NCBI GenBank assembly: GCA_964452555.1
Contig: CAYVMI010000002.1
Coordinates: forward strand, 153,414-217,413
DNA: 64,000 bases
From: an uncultured Desulfobacterales bacterium
Lineage (GTDB): Bacteria; Desulfobacterota; Desulfobacteria; Desulfobacterales; B30-G6
Reading direction: 5' to 3'
Position numbers and translations under genes: made by a program. This document shows positions 20,572 through 30,589 of the stretch, in pieces. Within the stretch, counting starts at the first letter, position 1. Each line of letters starts with the position of its first letter. The notes beneath the pieces are model-generated. The model did not search any database and had not been told where the DNA came from. It saw nothing but the letters and a program-made list of their open reading frames with translations.

Positions 20572-22245
20572 ATGCATAAACGAAGCAATCTCATGACCCA
20601 GGGTGTTGAGCGGGCACCCCATCGATCTCTATTAAAGGCTGGCGGTATGACCGACCAGGAAATGGACAAACCCATCATCGGTATCGCCAATTCATTTAAT
20701 GAAATTATACCCGGGCATATCCACCTGGACAAGCTAGCCGAAGCCGTCAAGGCCGGTGTATATGCAGCCGGCGGTACGCCTTTGGTTTTCAACACCATCG
20801 GGGTATGCGACGGTTTGGCCATGAATCATGACGGTATGAAATATTCACTTCCCAGCCGGGAATTGATTGCGGATTCCCTTGAAATCATGGCCATGGCCCA
20901 TCCTTTTGATGGACTGGTACTCATGGCCTCCTGTGACAAGATTATTCCGGGTATGCTTATCGGTGCGGCCAGGCTCAATATTCCCGCCATATTTATTGCC
21001 GGGGGCCCCATGCTACCCGGTAAGGTGGCGGGAAAGGATGGGGGCTTGGATAAAGTTTTCGAAGCCGTGGGCCAATTGAAAAGCGGCCAGATCAGTGAAA
21101 ACGATATGAATGAATATGAATGTAGCGCCTGCCCAGGTGCTGGCGCCTGTTCCGGCATGTTTACGGCCAATACCATGGCCAACCTAAGTGAAGCTTTAGG
21201 CATGGCCCTGCCCATGAACGGCAGTACCCCGGCAGTGTTTTCGCAGCGTGTTTGGTTGGCCAAAGAAACCGGTATGCATGCCGTTTCCCTGGCCAAGCAA
21301 GGCATTCGGCCTCAAGACATCATGACCAAAGGGGCTTTTGAAAATATGATCGCTACGGATATGGCTTTAGGCGGTTCTACCAATTCAGTCTTGCACATTA
21401 CGGCGATTGCTTATTATGCCGGCGTCGAAATTGCATTAACAGATTTTGACCGCTTGGCCCAAAGGGTACCGCACCTCACTTCCATCGCGCCTGCCGGACC
21501 GCATCATGTAGTGGATCTGTATCAGGCCGGCGGGGTGCCGGCGATTCTGGCTGAATTGCAGAAAAACGATCTCATCAATGACGGGGAAATGACGGTAGTA
21601 TCAAAGCCCATGGGAGAGGTGCTTGCATCGATTCACGCCGGCGTCAAAGATCCCGGTGTGATTCGACCCATCGAAGATCCGGTTCACAGCACCGGTGGCC
21701 TGGCCGTTTTGCGGGGCAATATTGCGCCCGATGGCGCCATCGTCAAACAGGCTGCCGTGGCCGATGAAATGCTGCAACACACCGGTCCTGCCCGGGTGTA
21801 TCACTCTGAGGATGAGGCATTCGAAGCGATCATGGCAGGAGAAATACAAAAAGGTGAAGTGGTTGTTATCCGATTTGAGGGACCCAAGGGTGGGCCCGGA
21901 ATGCGCGAAATGTTGTCGCCCACATCGGCACTTGCCGGGATGGGTCTAGACAAAGACGTGGCCCTGATAACCGATGGACGCTTTTCGGGGGCCACACGGG
22001 GTGCGGCCATTGGGCATGTATCGCCTGAAGCGGCGTCAGGTGGCGCTATTGCCATAATCGCAAATGGGGATATGATCGCCATCGACATCCCCAACAAAAC
22101 GCTCAATGTGGAGCTTTCTCCAAGCGAGATGGAAAGCCGGCTGGAAAAACTGCCGCCATTTGAACTCAAAAAGAAGACCGGATATTTGGCGCGCTATGCC
22201 AAGCAAGTGAGCAGTGCCGATAAAGGCGCAGTCTTTGATTTATAG
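20572..22245 (+). CDS. ilvD: Dihydroxy-acid dehydratase
   Basis: [50 protein letters not shown]. Confidence 0.97.
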   Translation: MHKRSNLMTQGVERAPHRSLLKAGGMTDQEMDKPIIGIANSFNEIIPGHIHLDKLAEAVKAGVYAAGGTPLVFNTIGVCDGLAMNHDGMKYSLPSRELIADSLEIMAMAHPFDGLVLMASCDKIIPGMLIGAARLNIPAIFIAGGPMLPGKVAGKDGGLDKVFEAVGQLKSGQISENDMNEYECSACPGAGACSGMFTANTMANLSEALGMALPMNGSTPAVFSQRVWLAKETGMHAVSLAKQGIRPQDIMTKGAFENMIATDMALGGSTNSVLHITAIAYYAGVEIALTDFDRLAQRVPHLTSIAPAGPHHVVDLYQAGGVPAILAELQKNDLINDGEMTVVSKPMGEVLASIHAGVKDPGVIRPIEDPVHSTGGLAVLRGNIAPDGAIVKQAAVADEMLQHTGPARVYHSEDEAFEAIMAGEIQKGEVVVIRFEGPKGGPGMREMLSPTSALAGMGLDKDVALITDGRFSGATRGAAIGHVSPEAASGGAIAIIANGDMIAIDIPNKTLNVELSPSEMESRLEKLPPFELKKKTGYLARYAKQVSSADKGAVFDL

Positions 22246-22299
22246 CTTTCAGGCATAAGATGTAAGCCATAAGCAGCTGATTGCTGAATGCTAATCGCT
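22244..22299. repeat. AGC-heptad palindrome
   Basis: agctttc aggcata agatgta agccata AGCAGCT gattgct gaatgct aatcgct. Confidence 0.8.
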
Positions 22300-22303
22300 T
22301 CCA

Positions 22304-22392
22304 GTTACGAAGCTAAAATTACCATAGGAAACTGTTTGAATCCCTTCAAAGCGTATATGGGGATGAGTCCGATTGTAGAATTGGGGATATCG
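22304..22392 (-). pseudogene. Decayed 3-prime fragment of a paralogue of the 22751-22996 gene
   Basis: Translates as IPNSTIGLIPIYALKG versus IPNSTVGLIPICDLKE in the intact gene. Confidence 0.7.
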
Positions 22393-22621
22393 GACTTTTG
22401 GGATTTTATTTTTAGAAGAAGGTGATGCGCAAAGTAAATATAATAAGATGAGAACGATTGAGGGTGGCCGAGAGAACCTTCTTAAGAAGATTAATATCGA
22501 CGACTATCTAAATTTCCTTCAGTATATTAATGGTATTAATTAATAGGAACTGCGCTATTAGGTGCTTTTTGCTTTTCGCTTAAAGCGTTATAAGTGATGA
22601 AATAGGGGAAGTTCAGGATCA

Positions 22622-22746
22622 AACGGTTTTGAAAAAAGTTCAAATTCAAGGTGTACAAATTTTGCAATCGTGAGGCGTACTGATTGTACGTTGAATGTTT
22701 GCGAAATTCTGTACAATGCCGAAGTTGGGCTTTTGGCGAAACCGTT
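22622..22746. repeat. Long imperfect palindrome, ACGGTTTT...GAAACCGT type
   Basis: Colinear with 61385-61509; contains TCAAGG, a GAGGCGTAC/GTACG hairpin and AATGCCG. Confidence 0.85.
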
Positions 22747-22750
22747 AAAC

Positions 22751-22996
22751 TTAAAATCCGAGTTGGGCTAACAAGTCCCGCCATTTAACATAAGGCACTG
22801 GTTTTATCTCTTTTAAATCGCAGATGGGGATAAGCCCGACCGTGGAATTGGGGATATAATAGCATTCCTGGCCTTTGAATTGGCCTTCCTTAATAATCCA
22901 ACCAGACTGTACAGCAATCCTTTTTCCGGCAAGGGTTTTGGCATCGTTGGAATATTCCAGATTTTCGGATGGATCGAATACGGCTTCAAAGTACAT
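22751..22996 (-). CDS. Hypothetical 81-aa protein
   Basis: RBS AAGGAG, plausible composition, adjacent paralogue remnant. Confidence 0.75.
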   Translation of the reverse strand: MYFEAVFDPSENLEYSNDAKTLAGKRIAVQSGWIIKEGQFKGQECYYIPNSTVGLIPICDLKEIKPVPYVKWRDLLAQLGF

Positions 22997-23130
22997 TTAT
23001 ATTCTCCTTTATTATAAACGCAATAAGCGCAAAGCTTACAGCGGTAAGCCGGTGATCGTTTATCGCTGTAAGCTTGGCGCTCATTTTTTGACATTGGTAA
23101 CATAATGAATAATTTTTGAAAGTCAAGTAG

Positions 23131-23316
23131 ATGCTATCTCAAAATTAAGATTAGCGGTTCCCCTCGACATGCTCGGGGTCGATGACACGATCAAGGTATG
23201 CGAAAAAAATTACCACAGGTATATACCTAATATTTCGAAGATTATTTTTTGAGCATAACGCATGATATCTACCCGCCGCAGTCGGGTCAGCCAAAAGATA
23301 TTTTTGAGATAGGTTC
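23131..23316. repeat. Palindromic element (CTATCTCAAAA ends) with nested motifs
   Basis: Terminal inverted repeats, internal TCAAGG...AACGCATG, embedded ccctcgacatgctcgggg. Confidence 0.8.
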
Positions 23317-23355
23317 TGGTTAATTATGAAATTCTAGAGGAACTGGGACAGGTTT

Positions 23356-24447
23356 ATGGCATTATCAATACCACGGGGTGGGTTCGAGCGACTCATACCC
23401 CAAATTCAGCACAATTGTGATCTGTCTGACGCCCGTTATGCTGGTTTGTATTCAGTTTGTGGCTTGGCACTCAGGCTTCGTGATTTATATAAATGGGAAA
23501 AGGGGCTCGCCCCCTGGGTAGAGAAAGAGCCCTCAGAGATTCTTGACTGGATTGGTTGCAAAGAAGAAGCCTGGGAAGAAATTCGAGATGAACCCTACCA
23601 GGATTTGGAAATAGATAACCATCAATTTGATCCCTTTGATACGCAGGCTTTAAACCAGCTCTTAAATAATCAGGGACTATTTTATGGCGCCGGATATGGC
23701 CGGGGGCTCAAACCAACTTTCTTTTTGGCGGAGATTATGGTGGACGATCAAGTCGATGATACACTCGTGTATTCTTTGGGTAAGGAGTTTGCCAGAGATC
23801 TGTTTGCCGTGCCGGCATTGACCCAAGACAACACCATATTGATCCGGCAGCAAATCGCGGAAGTTTATTTATGGGATCAGATGGTCTATATCAACAAATC
23901 CGGTCGTCGAGCTCTTGAATATGCTTTGAACCAAATGGGGCTGGGAGAGCAGGATCGCGCTGCTTGGAAATCTAATCTGACCGAATTGACCCGCGAGGTG
24001 ATGGGCATTTACCTACACCATGAGATGGGCGAACTTTCGGATGATAATATAGATCGGGAGCTCTGGCAGGAAATGATTGGGGCCTATCCGCGCTCATCCA
24101 TAGAGCTGTTTGCCCGGGCAATTAAAGATATTCTAGCGGATACCGGATCACGCGGTGCCCTACATTATATTTTAACTGAGCGAAGACCTGCATCCTTGGG
24201 TTTTTATGTGGCCTTTATGGAAGGGATGCACAAATCCTTGTTTCCGGAATTAGCGGTTGCGTTTGCAGATTTTGTCAAACATGAAGATTGGCGTTTAATC
24301 GATCGCACTGTAAAAACCGGGTTTGAAAAGATGCGTGGCTTAGCTGACCGAATGATAGCGCTTTTTCAACAAGGGAAGCAGATGCGTGATCTTAAGTGGG
24401 CCGAAGAAGCGTTGGTTGATCAATTGATCAAACCCCTAACGAGTTAG
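23356..24447 (+). CDS. Conserved hypothetical protein (Sfum_1244-like)
   Basis: QHNCDLSDAR.AGLYSVCGLALRLRDLYKWE, YGAG..RGLKPTFFL and HHEMGE motifs; family name from memory. Confidence 0.7.
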   Translation: MALSIPRGGFERLIPQIQHNCDLSDARYAGLYSVCGLALRLRDLYKWEKGLAPWVEKEPSEILDWIGCKEEAWEEIRDEPYQDLEIDNHQFDPFDTQALNQLLNNQGLFYGAGYGRGLKPTFFLAEIMVDDQVDDTLVYSLGKEFARDLFAVPALTQDNTILIRQQIAEVYLWDQMVYINKSGRRALEYALNQMGLGEQDRAAWKSNLTELTREVMGIYLHHEMGELSDDNIDRELWQEMIGAYPRSSIELFARAIKDILADTGSRGALHYILTERRPASLGFYVAFMEGMHKSLFPELAVAFADFVKHEDWRLIDRTVKTGFEKMRGLADRMIALFQQGKQMRDLKWAEEALVDQLIKPLTS

Positions 24448-24501
24448 CTGGCAGCTCTGAGATATAAGCAATAAGCAGCTTAGCGCTTATTACTTATGAC
24501 T
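24446..24501. repeat. AGC-heptad palindrome
   Basis: agctggc agctctg agatata agcaata AGCAGCT tagcgct tattact tatgact. Confidence 0.8.
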
Positions 24502-24600
24502 GTTCAAATACCATCACGTGAACCCTTGAATCCCCGAATCCTTGGTTCCATGATATAGAAGCAAGAGAATCATCTGTTGCAGTAGTTGTAAGAGGTACCC

Positions 24601-25185
24601 ATGGTTAACTACTCGAAAGGGAAAAATAAGCCCATCATCAACGGTATTCGCGTGGATTTGGCAGCGCTGCAGTCCATTAGCCATGACTGCCGGCCGGAGA
24701 TTTGTAAAAAACAACCCACCTGCTGCTTCCGCTATGTCCCGCACGTGAAGCCGGCCAAAATGGAAAAAATAGTGGGATGCTTCCCAACAGTTGCGAACTA
24801 TACCGACAGTATTAAGGAAGACGATGGGTTTAGAAACGTTTTTGAGGAATGGGAGGATGGCTCCTATCGCATCGATGCCAATGCAGATGAAGCCTGTATT
24901 TTTACCTATTTACTGGCATCAGGGGAAAAGCTTTGCAGCCTACATTCTGCCGCAATTGATTTGCATTTAAGCCCGGTAGCAATAAAACCGAGTGCCTGTT
25001 CTTTATGGCCGCTCATCCTTTTGGACGGCGCGACGCCAGAACTTTCCGTGGATAAAAATTGGCAAGCCTTTCCCTGCAATAATGACTCTGAGGATCCAGG
25101 CCATTTGGATGCGGGAGTGGCAAGTATTGTTAATGATTATTTTGGATCATCCTTTTTAGAGCAGTTGTTGAAATACGAAGAATGA
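24601..25185 (+). CDS. Cysteine-cluster protein (YkgJ/DUF3109-like)
   Basis: C-x4-C..CC, CIF, CSLH, KPSACSLWP, FPC. Confidence 0.75.
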   Translation: MVNYSKGKNKPIINGIRVDLAALQSISHDCRPEICKKQPTCCFRYVPHVKPAKMEKIVGCFPTVANYTDSIKEDDGFRNVFEEWEDGSYRIDANADEACIFTYLLASGEKLCSLHSAAIDLHLSPVAIKPSACSLWPLILLDGATPELSVDKNWQAFPCNNDSEDPGHLDAGVASIVNDYFGSSFLEQLLKYEE

Positions 25186-25191
25186 TTAAAA

Positions 25192-25247
25192 AGCTATCAG
25201 GTATGAGCCATCAGCAGCTTACTGCTGATTTCTCAAAGCTTACACCT
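25192..25247. repeat. AGC-heptad palindrome
   Basis: agctatc aggtatg agccatc AGCAGCT tactgct gatttct caaagct tacacct. Confidence 0.8.
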
Positions 25248-25278
25248 GTAATAAAATCGTTTAAAATCGATAAATCAT

Positions 25279-26772
25279 ATGAAAATACATTCATATATCA
25301 TAATATTCATCCTAATGCTCAGCATGATGGCCTGTGCCGCCCCGCTTACCCGAGTCAATACGGATGTATTCCTCAGGAATAGCCAGGCCGAAATTTTTTA
25401 TATTGAACTGGATAAAGTGATCCAAAAGTATGGGGTGTCCGATGCCAGCAGTTTCCCGGTAGATGGCTTTCCCTACCTGCGTACCAATCGATTTCTGGCC
25501 GGCATAAAGGATCAAATTGATTGGACCCAAAATGGTCGTCATTGGGCTCATCAGATGCTTAATCTTGGCTTGGCGTCCCGCCGTAAAGAGATCGCCAATC
25601 TCCCTGCGGGAGCTATCCAGGAGCTTTCCCAGGCACTTGGTCAGTCATTGGGCCGACAAATGATCATCCCAAAAGCCGAGGCTTATGCCCATCAATTGTT
25701 TGCAAGCGATCAAAGCCATCCCGAATTTCCGGATATGTTGCATAAGACCGTAAATGTACCGGACGAGTATTCTACGCTGGCACGCGTGATTGGAATTTAT
25801 CCACTGGCGGGCATTCCTGTCACCGTTGGTACGGCAGTAGCCTATAGCCGATATGAAAAATGGCATCAAACAGATCCATCTGATTTAGCGGTGTTGGGGA
25901 CATTGACCCAGTACCGGCCCAGTATGGTAGCTGATTCAGCGGATCCGGACTTTATCGACCAACTTTATGACCCCAATCATTTGGATGTCTTTGGTCTGCC
26001 CAAATTAACGTCCCAGGATGTGCAAAAGTTAGCACAAAGGTTTGCCCCGGTCATAGACCAAGACGTTGTTGAAGCCTATGACCGCATCGGTCGGATAACA
26101 TGGCAAAACAATCAGGTGATGGTCGATAACACACAACCGAGTGCCTATTATTACACTTCCCATAGCAAGCTGGGCGGGCATCCGGTTCTGCAATTGAATT
26201 ATACCTTTTGGTATTCGGAACGGGCCGGAAAAAACGCACCTTGGATGGAGCGCGGGCCCTTGGACGGCGTTACCTATCGGGTGACGTTGGACCAAACTGG
26301 CGCGGCAGTCATGGTGGACATTATGAACAGCTGTGGCTGCTATTTCTTTTTTGTTCCCCAAAAGGAATCCATTGCCAAGATTGTTACCAAACCCGGAGAA
26401 ATTGCACCCCTGGTTCCCACATGGATACCTCCCGAGTTTCCGCAAAAAAGGTTGGTTCTCAGAATCAATTCCGGATGGCACCAGGTACAGGGTATTATGA
26501 CCTCTGATGGTTCCCCAGACGTCCGAAGTTATGCCCTGATTCCTTATGAAGTATTGGAGTCCTTGCCAAAAGAAGATGGACAATATGCTAGTGTGTTCAC
26601 ATCTGCTGGAATTATGAAGGATTCGCGGCGAATCGAGCCCTACATCTTCTTTTCCATGGGCATCGCAGATATTGGATATATGCGTCAACGCGGCCATCAC
26701 GCCATTAAGATGGTGGGTCGGGGACACTTCACAGATCCAAACCTGTTTGACAATTCTTTTAAATTCCATTGA
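25279..26772 (+). CDS. Hypothetical lipoprotein
   Basis: Signal peptide ending MMAC; 497-aa ORF with NSCGC motif. Confidence 0.8.
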   Translation: MKIHSYIIIFILMLSMMACAAPLTRVNTDVFLRNSQAEIFYIELDKVIQKYGVSDASSFPVDGFPYLRTNRFLAGIKDQIDWTQNGRHWAHQMLNLGLASRRKEIANLPAGAIQELSQALGQSLGRQMIIPKAEAYAHQLFASDQSHPEFPDMLHKTVNVPDEYSTLARVIGIYPLAGIPVTVGTAVAYSRYEKWHQTDPSDLAVLGTLTQYRPSMVADSADPDFIDQLYDPNHLDVFGLPKLTSQDVQKLAQRFAPVIDQDVVEAYDRIGRITWQNNQVMVDNTQPSAYYYTSHSKLGGHPVLQLNYTFWYSERAGKNAPWMERGPLDGVTYRVTLDQTGAAVMVDIMNSCGCYFFFVPQKESIAKIVTKPGEIAPLVPTWIPPEFPQKRLVLRINSGWHQVQGIMTSDGSPDVRSYALIPYEVLESLPKEDGQYASVFTSAGIMKDSRRIEPYIFFSMGIADIGYMRQRGHHAIKMVGRGHFTDPNLFDNSFKFH

Positions 26773-26823
26773 AATTGTTCTTGACACCGCCCTCATTTAA
26801 TGACAGGTATTGGAACAGTTATT

Positions 26824-26843
26824 TAGAGATAATCATTCTTGAT
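26824..26843 (+). promoter_or_regulatory. Candidate Fur/PerR-type box
   Basis: GATAATCATTCTT resembles GATAATnATTATC; lies downstream of TTGACA (about 26781) and upstream of the Fur-family gene. Confidence 0.45.
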
Positions 26844-26879
26844 AAAGAATGGAGTGCTTATTAAATACAGGAACTTGTT

Positions 26880-27326
26880 TTGCTAGATTCTTCCCCCAAT
26901 ATCGAAACCCTGGTCAACCAGATCAAAGCAGCTGGTCATCGTATAACGCCCCAGCGGCTGGCGATCCTGGAAATATTGTTGACCAGTGACAGCCATCCCA
27001 CCGTCGATCAGATATTCGAACAAATCAGACCAGACTTTCCCATGACCAGCCGGGCTACGGTTTATAAAACCATATCATTAGCCAAGGATCTGGGGGCGGT
27101 ACTGGAGCTGGAATTCAGTCAGGGCAGCAATCGTTATGACGGCCGACAACCCTATCCGCATCCACACGTCATATGCACCCAATGTGAGCAGGTACTGGAT
27201 GCCGATGACCTTGAAATACAAACACTGCAACAGCAGATTATCCGCAAGACCGGATATAAAATCATGAATCACCGCATGGATTTTTTTGGCGTATGTCCGG
27301 AATGCCAGCAGGCATCACCCACATAA
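26880..27326 (+). CDS. perR: Fur family regulator, PerR-like
   Basis: RITPQR, SHPT, SRATVYK, HPHVICTQC, CPEC; directly upstream of rubrerythrin. Confidence 0.85.
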   Translation: MLDSSPNIETLVNQIKAAGHRITPQRLAILEILLTSDSHPTVDQIFEQIRPDFPMTSRATVYKTISLAKDLGAVLELEFSQGSNRYDGRQPYPHPHVICTQCEQVLDADDLEIQTLQQQIIRKTGYKIMNHRMDFFGVCPECQQASPT

Positions 27327-27357
27327 AAATTAAACCAAAACAAAGAGGAGGAAAAAA

Positions 27358-27933
27358 ATGCCATCATTGCAAGGTAGTCAGACAGAACAAAATTTGCTCA
27401 AATCATTTGCCGGAGAATCACAAGCCCGCAATCGCTACACATTTTTTGCCAGCAAAGCTAAAAAAGATGGGTATGTGCAGATTGCCGATATTTTTGCCGA
27501 AACAGCCGACCATGAAAAAGAGCACGCCAAACGCTTTTTTAGCCAACTGGAAGGCGGCATGCTCGAAATTACCGCGGGTTTCCCGGCCGGCGTTGTCGGT
27601 TCGACGCTCGAAAATCTGAAAGCAGCGGCCGCTGGCGAGAATGAAGAGCATACCATTCTTTATCCGGGTTTTGCCAAAGTCGCCCGCGAAGAGGGTTTTG
27701 AGGTCCCGGCCATGCTATGGGAAATGATTAGTGTCGCCGAGAAACAGCATGAAAAAAGATATAATGATCTGGCTGCCAATATTGAAGCGGATCGGGTTTT
27801 CAAGCGAGATGAAGTCGTTGTATGGCGCTGCCGAAACTGCGGCTACCTGGCAGAAGGCCAGGAAGCACCTGCCATGTGTCCGGCCTGTGCCCATCCCCAA
27901 GCACATTTTGAGTTGTTAGGCGAGAACTGGTAA
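27358..27933 (+). CDS. rbr: Rubrerythrin
   Basis: FAGESQARNRY, EKEH, EKQH, CRNCGY...CPACAHP. Confidence 0.97.
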   Translation: MPSLQGSQTEQNLLKSFAGESQARNRYTFFASKAKKDGYVQIADIFAETADHEKEHAKRFFSQLEGGMLEITAGFPAGVVGSTLENLKAAAAGENEEHTILYPGFAKVAREEGFEVPAMLWEMISVAEKQHEKRYNDLAANIEADRVFKRDEVVVWRCRNCGYLAEGQEAPAMCPACAHPQAHFELLGENW

Positions 27934-27945
27934 TCCGCTAGAACC

Positions 27946-27987
27946 AGCAATTAGCATTAAGCCGTAAGCATTAAGCTGCTTACGGCT
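27946..27987. repeat. AGC-heptad palindrome between convergent genes
   Basis: agcaatt agcatta agccgta agcatta AGCTGCT tacggct. Confidence 0.75.
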
Positions 27988-28318
27988 TTTTGTTTCTGAG
28001 TATGTAAATATATGCCTCGACGGTGAGATTGTTTTTGGTTTTAACATTGGTCAAAACGCGTTGGTATTCTTCACCTTCAAAATCATCCAGTTCATCCCAA
28101 TGCTCATCGAGATTTTCGGAACTAAAAAGGTATCCTTGGATAGTATCACCCGCATCATCCAAGACGATACCGGGATAACCCATTTCAGCTCCCCAACCTT
28201 GAGGCTTTAAATAGCCATTTACAGAGCCTTCTTCCCAGGTTCCACCAATAGCCGTCATAACATGCTCATTGGGTCCGCCTGGAATCAATGTTCCATATAC
28301 AAATAAGCGCTGTGTCAT
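27980..28318 (-). CDS. Gamma-glutamylcyclotransferase (AIG2-like)
   Basis: LFVYGTL, GYPG, LDDFEG..YQR. Confidence 0.9.
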   Translation of the reverse strand: MTQRLFVYGTLIPGGPNEHVMTAIGGTWEEGSVNGYLKPQGWGAEMGYPGIVLDDAGDTIQGYLFSSENLDEHWDELDDFEGEEYQRVLTNVKTKNNLTVEAYIYILRNKKP

Positions 28319-28342
28319 CCCTGTTTCCTAAAGTTTCGTCAA

Positions 28343-29425
28343 TTAAAGATAGTTGCGTGCCTTCAACAATTCGGCTGTAAGGATAGCACCACCGGCAGCC
28401 CCACGAATGGTATTGTGGTGCAATCCGATAAACCGAATATCAAAAACGTTGCATTCGCGCAATCGGCCCACGGTTACGGCCATGCCTTTGTCTAAGTCTC
28501 TATCTTTTCTGGGTTGGGGCCGGTTCAATTCATCGCGTAAAATTATGGGTTGATTGGGTGCAAATGGTAAATCTAGCTCCTGGGGCAAAGCAGAAAAGTT
28601 GCGCCAAATCGCGGCAATTTCTTCAAGAGCGGGTTTTTTCTGTCCAAACGCCAAACTGACACAGGCCGTATGCCCGTCGGTCACCGGAACCCGGTTGCAA
28701 TGGGCCGATATGTCCACGCTGTCGGCGTTGACGATAACCCCGTTATCAACTCTACCTAAAATTTTAAGCGGCTCGATTTCAGATTTTTCTTCCTCGCCAC
28801 CAATATAGGGAACAATGTTGTCAACCAGATCAATGGCAGCAGGCCCGGGATATCCCGCACCGGACAAGGCCTGCAACGTTGTCAGGATTATTTTTTGGAT
28901 GCTGTAACCGGCTTTGATGAGCGCATAAACCGGCGCCATATAACTTTGAATACTGCAGTTGGATTTGACTACAATGAGTCCGCGGTCCCAACCTCGATTC
29001 TTTCTTTGTGCGGGAATGACGTCCAAATGATGCGGATTGATCTCCGGGATGATCATGGGCACATCTTCTGTATGGCGATGGGCTGAGTTGTTGGATACAA
29101 CGGCAAATCCATTGGTTGCATATTCGACCTCCAGGTCAGCTACCAAGGCTTTCTCCATTTCTACGGCTGAAAATATCACTTGGCAAGCATCCTGGGCATT
29201 GGAAATTTGATTGGCATCGCCTACACTTAAATCGCACACCTTTTCCGGAATGGGTGTCGGCATGTGCCACCTGCCGGCAACCGCCTGCGCATATGATTTG
29301 CCGGCAGAACCGGGTGATGCCGCCACATACGAAACCTCAAACCAGGGATGCTGTTCCAATAGTGTAATATAGTTCTGACCTACCATACCCGTGGCGCCGA
29401 TAACACCTACTTTAATTTCCTGCAT
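28343..29425 (-). CDS. asd: Aspartate-semialdehyde dehydrogenase (archaeal/fungal-like type)
   Basis: GATGMVG, SNCS, QALSGAGYPG, CNRVPVTDGH, HNTIRGAAG; RBS AAGGAG before ATG 29425. Confidence 0.95.
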   Translation of the reverse strand: MQEIKVGVIGATGMVGQNYITLLEQHPWFEVSYVAASPGSAGKSYAQAVAGRWHMPTPIPEKVCDLSVGDANQISNAQDACQVIFSAVEMEKALVADLEVEYATNGFAVVSNNSAHRHTEDVPMIIPEINPHHLDVIPAQRKNRGWDRGLIVVKSNCSIQSYMAPVYALIKAGYSIQKIILTTLQALSGAGYPGPAAIDLVDNIVPYIGGEEEKSEIEPLKILGRVDNGVIVNADSVDISAHCNRVPVTDGHTACVSLAFGQKKPALEEIAAIWRNFSALPQELDLPFAPNQPIILRDELNRPQPRKDRDLDKGMAVTVGRLRECNVFDIRFIGLHHNTIRGAAGGAILTAELLKARNYL

Positions 29426-29478
29426 TTTTGTTCTCCTTTTAATTTTAATTAGAAGTGGTTTCAAACCACTTCATAGAC

Positions 29479-29512
29479 AAAAAAAGCCCGAATGCTTTTT
29501 AGCATCCGGGCT
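29479..29512 (-). terminator. Attenuator terminator in the asd leader
   Basis: AGCCCGGAUGCU-AAAA-AGCAUUCGGGCU followed by a U run on the minus strand. Confidence 0.85.
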
Positions 29513-29540
29513 TGGTCGGTCATTCTATTTTTTTAGGAGA

Positions 29541-29633
29541 TTATATGAAAAAGCCTCCGGCAGCATGACCGTACCAAGCCCTTAGACGCTTGGTCTTGGT
29601 GCTAGTTATGGTCATGTTCATGGTGGTTTTCAT
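29541..29633 (-). CDS. asd leader peptide (30 aa)
   Basis: Hand translation MKTTMNMTITSTKTKRLRAWYGHAAGGFFI; overlaps alternative RNA stems. Confidence 0.8.
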   Translation of the reverse strand: MKTTMNMTITSTKTKRLRAWYGHAAGGFFI

Positions 29634-29729
29634 ATAATCGGTTTCGCTTTTATCAATGATAATCCTCTTAGACTGTGAGAAGAAATATGTCAAGAATCAA
29701 AAAGATGGAAAACTCAAAGTCGATCCCAT

Positions 29730-30332
29730 CTATAATCGCCTCCTAGTTTTATACATTGTTTCTAATTTTCGTCTTTGTACGCGGTAAGCATCATGTACCA
29801 GACCCAGAGACATAATCTGTTGGGTCATCAGTACAAAATATTCTTGCCGCATCATGAGCAACGCAGCACTAATATTCCCTAACATCAACCAGAAGTAACC
29901 TTCTGGTTTCAACTTGGCAAGCAAGTAGGTGCCCATGAGAAAGCCGGCGGCAATACCCAATTCCAAAAATTGATTGACGGTTGCCAGGCCGCCAAAGTCG
30001 TAAAAACTCAGGGCCAGTCCGATAATGATCATCAACTTGGCAAGATGATCGAGCCAAACGTATTCATGAGAATGGGTTTGACCAGACCAGGCAGCACTGA
30101 GTCCAAGGAGCATCGCCGGAACGCCGCTGGATTCCACGGCCGCCGCGATCCAGTTGCGTTCGGAGATAAAAATAAAGATCCAGGGGGGCAGGCCGAGGAG
30201 GTAGACGCTCCAGGCCCACATCCGCCATTTTTGTTGATGTTGATGGGTGACAGATCGTTCAGCTCTAGAAAAAAATAGTTTATTGAGAAGGTAAAAAAGA
30301 CCTCCCCATATTTGAAGCAGAATATTAAGCAT
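29730..30332 (-). CDS. Multi-pass membrane protein, PnuC-like
   Basis: About seven hydrophobic segments; GAGG RBS before MLNILLQIWGG; family call tentative. Confidence 0.55.
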   Translation of the reverse strand: MLNILLQIWGGLFYLLNKLFFSRAERSVTHQHQQKWRMWAWSVYLLGLPPWIFIFISERNWIAAAVESSGVPAMLLGLSAAWSGQTHSHEYVWLDHLAKLMIIIGLALSFYDFGGLATVNQFLELGIAAGFLMGTYLLAKLKPEGYFWLMLGNISAALLMMRQEYFVLMTQQIMSLGLVHDAYRVQRRKLETMYKTRRRL

Positions 30333-30475
30333 GTTAACACCTCTGAGGATAGGTAGTGGCAATGAACGCATTGCCGGCCGACCACATCTCCGCCATCAGT
30401 AAAAGCAACAATCCAATAGAGTGATGGCTTAAATGGCCAGTCGATTAATTTGTAGATGCTTGTAATTAAATGGGA

Positions 30476-30589
30476 TTAGATTAATTGAGGAGGTGGTGGT
30501 GGGGGAGAGGTGCAACCATAGCCCCATAACACAAAATCGTCAATGACGGTGCTTCGGGCTATTTTTCTTATATGGGATGAATCTCTCAT
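30476..30589 (-). CDS. Small ORF with a hexaproline run (or lipoprotein remnant)
   Basis: GGAG RBS; MRDSSHIRKIARSTVIDDFVLWGYGCTSPPPPPPQLI. Confidence 0.4.
   Translation of the reverse strand: MRDSSHIRKIARSTVIDDFVLWGYGCTSPPPPPPQLI

Noticed and set aside
22448-22543. 31-codon ORF MRTIEGGRENLLKK...
   Set aside because: No clear RBS or motif; cannot be supported
26029-26796. Long antisense ORFs (this one and e.g. 40289-40963, 41847-42647)
   Set aside because: They shadow well-supported genes on the opposite strand and have no motifs
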